A stretch of 64,000 nucleotides of DNA, from assembly GCA_965637545.1 (NCBI GenBank), contig OZ281498.1, positions 7,440,001-7,504,000 on the forward strand. The letters are read 5' to 3'. The notes under the pieces are model-generated. The model had not been told where the DNA came from and ran no database searches. It saw nothing but the letters and a program-made list of their open reading frames with translations. The DNA is from Phallusia mammillata. Lineage: Eukaryota. Position 1 is the stretch's first letter. Each line of letters starts with the position of its first letter. Positions 51,801 through 59,992 of this stretch are shown piece by piece. A program made the position numbers and the translations under genes.

Positions 51801-54800
51801 ATATAGCATACAAACCCTATTGTCGCTTTAGGGTCAAATTCTTAAAAGTCGATTCAAGTCTCAACGCACTTATTGAGACTTGAGCAATAAGCCAGATTGT
51901 CTTGTATGTGAAGACATAGAAAGGCCTGCCATTATTAAGGCAAGTTGCTAATCTCCATACACATTATTTGTATTGTTTGAACATTCGTGCAATGGGCTTA
52001 TGTGCTAACCTATGTAAAAACATGTGTTGCGTCAAACAGTTGGAAATTGTTGGTACTTATTAGTATTTGGCGCTTGAAAAGCTATATTCGCAATGTTATT
52101 ATGGTTGCCCACCGGTTCAGCTTATACTGTAAGGCAATACAGGAACGGTGTCGCATATCAGCCAGTCGCTATATATTGATGTATAACTTTGCCAAATGGT
52201 TTAAATAACTTGCCCATACATGGACAGAAAAAACGGGCTTGAGTTGTGCACCCTAAAGCGATTAAAAAAATTCAGGAGTAAAAAAACAAAGACTTACATG
52301 GGCATTTCTTGTTGGCGGTTTTGCTCAGCTGGGATAGACGTCTCAACATGGATCGCATATCGTGGATCCCGAATTTAAACCCAATAGATTCGTAATCCCG
52401 AGTAGAAGCGCTTTTAAGCAACGACCATACGTCCATCTTGCCCGAAGTTTGTTTTTCCTTCTTGAGTCTCTCACTGCAAAAAAGATCCAATCATATTCAC
52501 GTAAACCGTGAAATTCGAACTCAATTGCCAGATCAAGCATTTTTTTCAGAACGGCTAACACGCACATCAAAGAAGAGCGAAAAATGAAAGTTGGGGAGAT
52601 TGGATTAGAATTTGGAAGAAAAAAGGGTATACAGTTTCTGGCTTTCATAACAAATTTGAGACGGTTTTAAGTTGTAGCAGTTTCGTTGAGTGAAGATTAA
52701 TAATACATCTAATTTATCTTGCTATTCGACAGTTAATTATAACAAGCTTAACAATAAATAATTTGGACTAGTATAGCGCTGTGTTAATGTTTGGCATTTG
52801 TCCTGCAGGTTATTTTTCCCATCGTCTAAAGAACGATTCCTAAAAACGGCAGATTTATGAACTATGTGCTTTACATGTCGATGTCGTATAAAATTGTCTT
52901 GACCAAACAAAAAATACCTTGACCGTGAAAGGGTTGTTGATGCGTAAGGGTCATTTTGCTTAGCACGTTAAAAAAATCTACATATTAGTGTTGAGAGCAA
53001 AGAGTTTAAACGTGGTGCACAATAAAAGCACCATTAACCACCTTTGTCCGACATTTAAGACCAATATTTCCATGCAAAGTCGTGCGATGTTTTTAGCTTT
53101 TCCTAATTTGACGACACGCAGACATATCATGCCAAACAAACCCGTAAATGGCATAATGGTTAAAATGGAGCGATCAAGTGCCACGATCTATAGTCACAGA
53201 AAAAGCAAAATAGCCCAAAGTATGACTCCAAACTATTGCTGTGTTAAGAGCTCGGCACGGCAAAAGAAATTCTTTCATTTTGCAGATAACGAGTAAACGT
53301 GGGTTGTTTATAATAAAACCGCTGGAAGAGCAATACTTGTTCATGCAATCTGTAATGTTCGCTATAATTCAAAGTGTTTTCAAAGACTGCGACGGCAAAA
53401 CTTTATATTGCTTAAAAAACACATGCCTCATCCGTATGTGTACCAAAAAAATCAAACAAACATATATTTTCCCATTCCAAAATTCCGTTACAAAAAGTTT
53501 TTAAACAGCACATTCTAGAATCACGCAAATTAAATGGATGGTGTAAATTAGCAAGTTTTGTCAGCTAAAATAATTAACATTTTTTTTGCAGTTTAAGGCC
53601 AGGGTTGTGGTTTAAGTAAAGCAGGTTAAGACGTAAGGGACATTGGTGGCTTTTGCATAGTTTGCCATTGCAGTCGAACAGTCGCAATAAATCTTGGGAT
53701 TTCAAATACTTACAAACAAAAGGTAACACTATAACCCGGTTAGGTTGAGGTCTGAATCTTTACATTTACCGCAAAAATGTTAAACCATAAGCTGTATTAA
53801 CAGCTCCATTTTACAAGTTTAACGGCGCTTTCGGATTCAGCAGGCATTTTTTATGTAAAATTTGTTAAAAACGACCAACATTATGTAAAAATTTAAGTCG
53901 TTATTTGCACAGTTGCAGCATGGAATTTCCAAATTAACGCAATCGTGACAATATTATCATAAAATAAACAAAACTTTGCGTGAAGTGACCTCCTAATTAA
54001 CTCAACTGGTTTAATTATAGTTCAATAATGGCCAGTGACTAAAAGTTCAATAAGGCAAAGTGACACCAAATAAGGAATACCCAATTGTGGCTTAGTTTAG
54101 CAACCGAAACTGACGTCAAAAACGCTCCTTTAAAGCCCTGTATAAACAATACACGAAGCACACACACAAAGGAAAACACATGCTGTCACAGGAAACACCC
54201 TCACACGACATAATATACCTGAAACCACCGGAACTGATGCTTTTCTGACTGTTTGAAGCAAAAATTAAAAACATAATTGATTTTTTTGCAGCTTGTTTAC
54301 TTACAAAATGTTAATGTTTCATAAATAAATGTCGTTAAAACCGTATTATTACACAGGGTTTTAAAAATACGATGGTCTTTAGATTTAATCGTACAGTTTT
54401 AAAAAGTGAGCCGCGTATGTTATGTTAGTTGACGTAAAAAACGCAGTTACTTACACTTTCTTTAGACGATTGCGGAAATCAACGTCTCTCTGAACATCTT
54501 TTTCATCACTGCAATGTTAAACAGTTGTTACAAAACACAAAGTTTTCTGATTTAAAACTATTCACATAGCACATACATATTAATGTATATACATACTCAT
54601 AGGTATAAGCAGGATTTTTTTAAGGTTTGGTTTGGGTGACCGCTAAGTAGTTTTAAGAGCCCGCAAGTGTTTCATTTAAATACCAAAAAATAGCCATATT
54701 TGCTTAAACGAATTATTTATTAGGCTACTGGCAAATTTTGGGAAACCGCTGGAGAAATTTGGGGGACCGAAACGGTCCTTAAAAAAGCACCTTAAAAAAA

Positions 54801-57800
54801 CACTGGGTATAAGTATACCATATTTATAGGTTTACGAAAACTTACGGAACGTATCCTTTCTTGATTTCAATCTTGTGCTCCTCTACTATCGGCGCTGATA
54901 AAAAAAGTTAGTGGGTTAGACAAGAAACCATGAAAAAAATATGTCATAACTCATAAGCAATGATGTTTTATAATGTAACATTTTTAACCTCACAACCAAA
55001 GACCTCATACAAGCGTGGAGGCAAAATATCATAACAGTTAAACGGTGGCAGATAGTAAGCCATGCTTATGAGTTTGCAAGTGACGTCAAAAAAGGTATGA
55101 CGTAATATCGCAGACGGCAAGAAGTGAACATGTCCATTGTCAGCAAACCGTGTGAGTAGCATTGTGCTTATTATGTCAAAAAACATGAAAAGCATTTCTT
55201 TATTTGTAGCTCCCATAAAAGGGAAAAAGATTTCGCGAAAAACACAGGTTTGAAGAGCAAAGAGCTTAACCCAGTGTGGCTAAGAAACAAGCTCGTCATT
55301 CATAAGTTTCCAGTCTAACTGTTTAAGGGTATTCTTTCATGACTATGTGACGTCATTCTGTCGTGAGGTGACGTAACTTTATAAGTGTTCCTGAAGCCCA
55401 AGCGCAAAGTTGCGTAATGTTAGTTAACGATCGTGACGTCATCGCCGGTGACGTGTCACCTACGTCCGACTTTTACATCGAAGCAGCATTCGCTTTCGCC
55501 CCGCTGTGAGACCGCCTTGATACGGTAAGTGCCGCTGTCAGATTGCTTCGGGTGTCGGAGCTTGAGAAAATGCTCGTTGGTTCGTTCGTTGCGCCACATT
55601 TCGAATCGGTCGCCTTTGCTAAGCTCGTAGAACTTGCCCTTGATCCACTTTACGTTGACAGCGTGCAAGACGTCCGCGGCCGCGACTTTCACGCGAACCG
55701 TCGCCTCGACACCTTCGCGTCACGCAGACTTGTTACGTCACAAACAAGTTGTGTTGTTCAACAGGTGGGTGACGACATGTGATTTTATGAAGGATTTAAA
55801 AGAAAGCTGTTGCTCTCGTAAGTGATGATATTGGTTTGAAAAATGATTGGGACTGCAGCTCGTTTAACATTGCAAGTTTTTGGTACTGCAGCTTTACCAG
55901 AATTTGTTTAAGTACACAGGAAACATTAAAAACGTTTTGCCGCGCGTGTTAGCTGGTAGTTTACATCAAGGGTGTGCAATCTGCAATCCATTAGAAAAAG
56001 TTTGTGCGGTCTGCGGACACTTGGATTTTATAGGTGTTTCCAGGTTAACTATTACAGTGCAATCTTATAGATTCCAAATTCTTTTTCGTTTCTGAGCAGA
56101 TTAATACGCCCGGTGTTATTTTTCTGCAACCTGAATGCAGATAGAAACACTTGCGAATTTTATTGATAATTGTTTACTGGATAGATGGGTGTTAACAACC
56201 AAGCCAACTTATGCAGAATAAAGGTGCGGCCTGATCTCATTGATCCATTTGCCCTAACACCTATGGTTGCACATCCCCAGTTTCCATAAATGGCCAATAA
56301 GATCATCGACAAATTAGTGGTTGCAAAATGTTTGCCTTTTACTACAAATAATCCACATTTTTGGAGCAGGGAATTTTTGGTTCTTAATGGTATAAAAGTT
56401 ATAGGGCATCTGTTTATTGTAGCTAAGTAGAATTTGCCATCATCAATCAAAGACATTTGACATTTCAAACCTCGATGGGTTCGGGCGCAACAACACACGT
56501 CTGGCTTATTTTAAAGTCACGCACAATGCAAAATAGGGAAGTTTTTCTGCGAATTTGTGTTGTCATGAGATTTTGAATTGCCTCGTTAATAACCTGCTTA
56601 CAATCGTTGCCAAAATTTCGGTTTGTCGTAACGTAAATACCTACACACAAATTAACGAGGGAATACCTTACCTTCGGTTGTGGAAACGTTCTCAGGCTTC
56701 TCAACAATTGTTTCGGCACCAGCTGAAACATAAAAATTTTCCACATACAGTCTTGCTTCAGCTCGTAGTATAAGGCCAAGGTTAAACCATCCTTAAACAC
56801 TATAGGCTCAAAAACGGAAAATTTGTTCTTTACTGGAAACCGTTAGAAGCAAATCTTTGTCGATTTGTTTTTCTAAATATGTGTTGCCAGGTTTGCTGAT
56901 TAGAATGCAGACAAAATCGGTCAATTGAGTGGTAATTTTCGTCTACTTGAATTTGCGCTAGATCAAAAAAACCAAAGCTCTTGGCATTTAGTATCAACAT
57001 TTGTTGCAAACAATAGCTGTTGTAATCATCTGTGCAAAATCGGTTTTACAAGTCCGAGTTTCTAAGTTCATCTGACTTTTAACGCAATGTGATACAAGAA
57101 AAAATGTTTTCCTCCCAAAAAAAACATTTCCATGATTCCACGTAACATTTCATAAAGGCCATTCACACAAAAATGAAAGTCAGTTATGGACTTCAAATTT
57201 TCCACAAACTTTTACGACATTCCTAAATCGTGATGTTTTAACATGTATCACAATCGTCCAAAATTAGAAAAACGTTTGTTTTGCGATCAAGTCGTTTGTG
57301 GCGGTGAAGCTGTCAAGCGGGTTTAGGCTTCCCACAAGGTTACCGATATACGATTGACTGTATAAGACTTTGTTGATAGCAAAAGTAATGCATGCAAAAA
57401 CACTACTGCGTGTGAAAGATTACCTGCAGTATTTTCATCCGGCTTTGCTCCATCGGTTGTTTCTTCAGTTGCCTTTTGCGGTTCTAAAACCTTCTCTGGC
57501 TGTTGTTTAGGCTCTTTAGGTTGTTCTAACAATAAAAAGACACTTTTTAAAACTTCCTTTCATATTGTGCATTGAACCAAAGTTTGTTAATATTGTAGGT
57601 TGGACAAAATCGAAATGACCAAGTTTAGACCGATCAAGCCACCTTTCAAACATTTGTTTATGAAAAAAATTATTTACCTTCTGTGAGAACAGTTATTTCA
57701 ACAGACAAAGAAGAAAAAAGGGGAAAAACAATTACAACAGTTAGTATTTATTAAAATGTTTAGACGTTCAACTATGCATTCGGTATGGGGTTAAACCGGT

Positions 57801-58308
57801 TGGTGATCAAAACAAAATTGTAATGCTCCAGTCATACAAGCACTTTTTGTTTTTAAGATTCCTAAACTGTTTGTCACGACCAACGATGCAACAGCATGTG
57901 CATATATAGCTTTAAGTGTGGCTTAACACAAGGCAAGCGTTCCGTTATTGAGACTGCCAAGAATTCCTGTGTGCCAAACTAAGAGTAGAAAACTAATAAG
58001 CGGTGAAATTTGAAACTAGGAAAAAATCCTATAAACTCAAATTAAACACAGGAATTTATAAACCGACCTTTAGGTTTTTCTTCTTGCTTAACCGGTTCGG
58101 GTTTCGGTTCCACAGCCGCGGTTTTGGCTGGCGCAGGTTCAGCTGCCGGTTCTTCCTTCTTCTTCTTGACAACTTTCTTCACCACCTTCTTCTTAATCAC
58201 TTTCTTTCCCGAAAGATCTGAGCACAAAAAATAAGATGTTCAATAACATTTTTGGGGAGGCTAAACAAAACGCGAAGGTTTCCAACCTGTTTTTCCAACG
58301 CTAGACAT
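21772..58308 (-). CDS. MYBPC: Myosin-binding protein C (C1, M-motif, C2-C10; no C0); 29 exon positions including mutually exclusive 18A/18B; ~1193 aa (18A) or ~1207 aa (18B)
   Basis: M-motif trihelix ([34 protein letters not shown]), ordered Ig and Fn3 domains (C6, C7, C9 are Fn3). Every internal GT-AG junction is phase-compatible. First and last coding exons are tentative. Confidence 0.93.
21992..22114 (-). CDS. MYBPC: MyBP-C exon 28 (C10 second half, [41 protein letters not shown])
   Basis: Acceptor ttttttatgctacag, donor GTAAGT; Ig I-set DxGxY motif. Confidence 0.9.
22499..22708 (-). CDS. MYBPC: MyBP-C exon 27 (C9-C10 linker and C10 first half)
   Basis: [21 protein letters not shown]...[13 protein letters not shown]; phase 1-1. 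Confidence 0.92.
22964..23390. mobile_element. MITE, probably hAT-like, with TAGTGATGGG...CCCATCACCA TIRs
   Basis: 10-bp TIR (1 mismatch) and many subterminal GTATCG/GTACTCG repeats at both ends; no clear TSD. Confidence 0.7.
24405..24556 (-). CDS. MYBPC: MyBP-C exon 26 (Fn3 C9 second half)
   Basis: [35 protein letters not shown]; phase 2 to 1. Confidence 0.92.
24582..24597 (+). other. Second exact copy of the ascidian spliced-leader sequence, antisense to MyBP-C
   Basis: 16/16 match, followed by A6; lies at -41 to -26 relative to the start of exon 26. Confidence 0.85.
30741..30817 (-). pseudogene. tRNA(Leu/Ser)-like relic or tRNA-derived SINE head
   Basis: A-box TGGCCGAATGGTTTAAG, variable-arm hairpin CCTACGA/TCGTAGG, B-box GGGTTCGAACCC; T-loop one nt short and no acceptor stem. 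Confidence 0.5.
30988..31132 (-). CDS. MYBPC: MyBP-C exon 25 (Fn3 C9 first half)
   Basis: [49 protein letters not shown]; phase 1 to 2. Confidence 0.92.
31335..31475. mobile_element. hAT MITE family A, 141-bp copy
   Basis: TIR CAGTGTTTTTTTTAAGG/CCTTAAAAAAAACCTG; perfect 8-bp TSD GTTACACA; inverted homologue at 54610. Confidence 0.9.
34272..34464 (-). CDS. MYBPC: MyBP-C exon 24 (Ig C8 second part)
   Basis: [13 protein letters not shown]...[22 protein letters not shown]; phase 0 to 1. Confidence 0.92.
36052..36140 (-). CDS. MYBPC: MyBP-C exon 23 (Ig C8 first part)
   Basis: [30 protein letters not shown]; phase 1 to 0. Confidence 0.9.
41247..41448 (-). CDS. MYBPC: MyBP-C exon 22 (Fn3 C7 second half)
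   Basis: ...[18 protein letters not shown]...; phase 0 to 1. Confidence 0.92.
42046..42158 (-). CDS. MYBPC: MyBP-C exon 21 (Fn3 C7 first half)
   Basis: [38 protein letters not shown]; phase 1 to 0. Confidence 0.92.
42709..42718. promoter_or_regulatory. MEF2 consensus site in MyBP-C intron 20
   Basis: CTATTTTTAG matches YTA(A/T)4TAR, inside a CpG-rich patch with an adjacent GGGTCA and an E-box. Confidence 0.45.
43044..43355. mobile_element. hAT MITE family B, 312-bp copy
   Basis: Starts CAGGGGTATGCAACCTGCGGCCC, ends CAGGTATGCACATCCTG; 8-bp TSD TTATTGAC/TTATTGAT. Confidence 0.85.
43979..44076. repeat. Fragment of a repeat shared with 60956-61144
   Basis: Both begin GAGTTGTAAGTCG and contain GGTTTGG/GATTTGGGGC(C)TGACT motifs. 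Confidence 0.35.
44603..44791 (-). CDS. MYBPC: MyBP-C exon 20 (Fn3 C6 second half)
   Basis: [18 protein letters not shown]...[20 protein letters not shown]; phase 1-1. Confidence 0.93.
45224..45328 (-). CDS. MYBPC: MyBP-C exon 19 (Fn3 C6 first half)
   Basis: [36 protein letters not shown]; phase 1-1. Confidence 0.92.
45874..46087 (-). CDS. MYBPC: MyBP-C exon 18B (alternative C-terminal half of Ig C5, long form)
   Basis: [46 protein letters not shown]...IKIQVL; acceptor atcacttcag, donor GTGAGG; 214 nt, phase 0 to 1. Confidence 0.85.
46578..46749 (-). CDS. MYBPC: MyBP-C exon 18A (alternative C-terminal half of Ig C5, short form)
   Basis: [15 protein letters not shown]...[20 protein letters not shown]...FNVKII; acceptor tctcctttag, donor GTGCGA; 172 nt, phase 0 to 1. 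Confidence 0.87.
47084..47217 (-). CDS. MYBPC: MyBP-C exon 17 (Ig C5 first half)
   Basis: VPPKIFLD...[27 protein letters not shown]; phase 1 to 0. Confidence 0.93.
47606..47753 (-). CDS. MYBPC: MyBP-C exon 16 (C4 second half)
   Basis: [22 protein letters not shown]; phase 0 to 1. Confidence 0.9.
48317..48433 (-). CDS. MYBPC: MyBP-C exon 15 (C4 first part)
   Basis: [29 protein letters not shown]; phase 0-0. Confidence 0.9.
48469..48720. mobile_element. hAT-Charlie-type MITE, 252 bp
   Basis: Perfect 15-bp TIR CAGTGGTTCTCAACC; TSD GTCTAGTA/GTCTAGCA with the TCTAG core typical of Charlie. Confidence 0.92.
49027..49076 (-). ncRNA. Type I hammerhead ribozyme-like motif with core substitutions G5A and A9G (sense to MyBP-C pre-mRNA)
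   Basis: GCTGCA-CTAATGG-GACC/TTACA/GGTC-GAAA-CAGTG TG CACTG-TC-TGTAGC: stems I, II and III all pair; GUC cleavage triplet. Confidence 0.75.
49086..49139 (+). ncRNA. Type I hammerhead ribozyme motif with intact core (antisense to MyBP-C)
   Basis: GAGTTGCA-CTGAAGA-GGCC/CTACA/GGTT-GAAA-CAATGTGCACCG-TC-TGCAACTT: 8-bp stem I, stem II with 2 G-U pairs, stem III with 2 mismatches; predicted cut after 49131. Confidence 0.8.
49191..49307 (-). CDS. MYBPC: MyBP-C exon 14 (end of C3 / start of C4)
   Basis: [39 protein letters not shown]; phase 0-0. Confidence 0.9.
49808..49964. mobile_element. Inverted-repeat relic with a minimal hammerhead core, Penelope-like terminal-repeat type
   Basis: ~51-bp inverted arms (49808-49858 / 49904-49964, one 10-nt insertion). 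The minus strand reads CTGAAGA-A-GGCGTC/TCTTATAG/GACGTC-GAAACGTC (49880 to 49845); stem I is only 4/6 paired. Confidence 0.6.
50092..50205 (-). CDS. MYBPC: MyBP-C exon 13 (C3)
   Basis: [38 protein letters not shown]; phase 0-0. Confidence 0.88.
50972..51048 (-). CDS. MYBPC: MyBP-C exon 12 (C3 start)
   Basis: [26 protein letters not shown]; phase 1 to 0. Confidence 0.9.
51261..51365 (-). CDS. MYBPC: MyBP-C exon 11 (C2 second part)
   Basis: [34 protein letters not shown]; phase 1-1. Confidence 0.9.
51557..51709 (-). CDS. MYBPC: MyBP-C exon 10 (C2 first part)
   Basis: [39 protein letters not shown]; phase 1-1. Confidence 0.9.
52298..52473 (-). CDS. MYBPC: MyBP-C exon 9 (M-motif trihelix bundle)
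   Basis: [34 protein letters not shown]; phase 2 to 1. Confidence 0.93.
54219..54248 (-). CDS. MYBPC: MyBP-C exon 8, 30-nt symmetric M-motif microexon ([10 protein letters not shown])
   Basis: Acceptor ttttaatttttgcttcaaacag, donor CAG|GTATAT; phase 2-2, open frame. Confidence 0.6.
54455..54508 (-). CDS. MYBPC: MyBP-C exon 7 (M-motif, [18 protein letters not shown])
   Basis: Matches vertebrate LDFSxLLKKR; donor GTAAGT; phase 2-2. Confidence 0.85.
54610..54805. mobile_element. hAT MITE family A, 196-bp copy (inverted relative to 31335)
   Basis: Same TIRs; perfect 8-bp TSD GGTATAAG. Confidence 0.9.
54846..54894 (-). CDS. MYBPC: MyBP-C exon 6 (start of M-motif, [17 protein letters not shown])
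   Basis: Branch ACTAAC plus ttttttatcag acceptor, donor GTAAGT; phase 1 to 2. Confidence 0.8.
55464..55712 (-). CDS. MYBPC: MyBP-C exon 5 (Ig C1)
   Basis: [26 protein letters not shown]...[12 protein letters not shown]; atypical AAG acceptor forced by an upstream in-frame TGA; phase 1-1. Confidence 0.85.
55967..56279. mobile_element. hAT MITE family B, diverged 313-bp copy
   Basis: Homologous ends to 43044-43355, same length; TSD GTTTACAT/GTTTCCAT. Confidence 0.75.
56672..56722 (-). CDS. MYBPC: MyBP-C exon 4 ([18 protein letters not shown], start of C1)
   Basis: Acceptor tttttatgtttcag, donor GTAAGG; 51 nt, phase 1-1; cf. vertebrate FIEKP. Confidence 0.85.
57424..57525 (-). CDS. MYBPC: MyBP-C exon 3 (Pro/Glu/Lys-rich linker)
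   Basis: [22 protein letters not shown]...; 102 nt, phase 1-1. Confidence 0.8.
58068..58217 (-). CDS. MYBPC: MyBP-C exon 2 (Lys-rich then Pro/Ala-rich N-terminus)
   Basis: [32 protein letters not shown]...; 150 nt, phase 1-1. Confidence 0.8.
58287..58308 (-). CDS. MYBPC: MyBP-C tentative first coding exon (MSSVGKT-G/D)
   Basis: ATG at 58308, 22 coding nt, donor CAG|GTTGGA phase 1; an acceptor with GCTGAC branch ends 3 nt before the ATG. Confidence 0.45.
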
Positions 58309-58449
58309 GTTCTATTTTAAACTCGTCAGCTTTGCCAAATCAACTTTCACTAATCCAATCCGGTGTCTTAGTCAAGTCCGGTAAATCTGAAACAACATGG
58401 TTTAAAGGTTAGTTTGTGGCACAAACATTTTAAGCATTGATAAACAGCC

Positions 58450-59090
58450 GCCTTATCTCTATGTTTAGCCTAAATATTCACTGTGCCCTTATCTCTATAT
58501 GTATAGCCTAAATAATTGTTCATTATGCATGTCTAAAGCGTCAATTGTTAAACTTATCCTAACCTAAAACGTCTTGGAAAGCTGTCCGTATTGAACGTTG
58601 AAACAAGCAGTTTCTTTCACTAACAACACTATCCTGTTTTTTAACACTTAGCCCTGCATTAAAGTTTAAAAATTGTTTCGTGTGGTTCAAATGGTCAAAA
58701 CAGCCCAGTTTTCAAACGGAAATATTTGTCTACACCACATTTACATTGTAACAGCACGAAGCAAGTTACAACCACGTAACGCCTATAGCCAACATTCAAG
58801 CGTAGTCTGCCTGTTCAACGTTGCACAAATTATCAGCGCCTTCGCCCTGCGCATTCCAGAACGATAAAACGCGTCTGCTGGCTCCACAGACGCCACTGTC
58901 CTGTTCAAGGGTTCGAGGCAGGACAGATAACACCTACGAGTTGATTGGAATGGTTTGTGGAAGAAAAAAACGCCTTGGTTTGTCACTTTGTTCAATCGAG
59001 GTCGTTCGATTGAGGTGTTAATAACAGCAGTTCAGCTGTCGACTGCCGGCTCGCTAATTTGTTTAACATAAACGCTATGCTTTTATACTG
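58450..59090 (-). promoter_or_regulatory. Putative MyBP-C muscle promoter
   Basis: TATAAAA at 59087-59081 (minus), E-box CAGCTG 59033-59038, T-box half-sites 58928-58935 and 59013-59020, duplicated GATA+MEF2-like cassette 58451-58514. Confidence 0.5.
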
Positions 59091-59696
59091 GCATGTGACT
59101 ATCAAGGAAACAGCCCCCTAGTAGAAAAAATACATTGCTACTGACTTTTGTGTTGGTCTAACTCTATAAGGAAACATATTTGAAGTAAAAGTAATGTGTA
59201 AGACACTCCAATAAACAATCATAAATGTCCAGTATAATGCGGCTTTGTACGGGACCTAAGCTTATATGAAACTGGCATTATCAAATAAGAAACCATATCT
59301 CCTTGGTTTGGACCAGTCTAATCCATTTGAGATATGAATTACAGCAATAAAAAACTAAAATAGTATCGTATCCTGGTCTGTCTGACGACATGGCAAAGTT
59401 TAATGTTCTGTGATGATTGTAATGTTAAATTAATAGGCTTTGTGGTGAAATAGTAATGATCATATGAAGGCGAAAGCATGTAGCAAAAATGTACAACAAA
59501 TACAAACACATAAAAATGAAGTTCAACGAAAAAAACGAATGCACACGCCAACTACCGCAATGGGCCATGAGCCAAAAACAAACAAAATAAAGCAATATAG
59601 CGTACACGCATTTAAATGTATACTTAGCAAGCTATAGTTACATCTGACAAATGGAAAAAAGTTTGCATATAGACAAAAGCGCTGTTAAAATAACCC

Positions 59697-59992
59697 TTAT
59701 GTGACTGTGGTTTGAAAATTGGACGACTTCTCCAACGTGGATTCGTCACCGCTCTTCGACCAATCACGTTTCGACACGTCATCAGGAGACCATCCACTGG
59801 TCGACGCTTTGTCGAGCGAGTTTCCACGGCTTCTGGCGTCATCACTAGTGACGTCATGAGTGGATGGCATGAAGTCGAGATCCGGTATTTTCGTTTCCTC
59901 GACACCCGAAAAAGCGCTATTGTGACGTCCGCTGTAGTGTGACGTCATAGATAGATTTTTGGAAGAACACACGACGCTCTCGATTTCCATAT
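59697..59992 (-). CDS. DUOXA: DUOXA terminal exon (acidic Ser/Asp-rich tail)
   Basis: Tandem acceptor GTAGTAG (start 59992 or 59995), phase 1, stop at 59699-59697. Confidence 0.7.

Noticed and set aside
53714-53728. Possible 15-nt symmetric exon (TAG...GTAAGT) in intron 8
   Set aside because: No pyrimidine tract and an implausible hydrophobic insert (VTFC) in the disordered M-motif.
58351-58386. Alternative 36-nt phase 1 exon (DLPDLTKTPDWI) upstream of MyBP-C exon 2
   Set aside because: Weak donor (GTGAAA) and no upstream ATG exon found; may be 5' UTR. It leaves the start codon uncertain.
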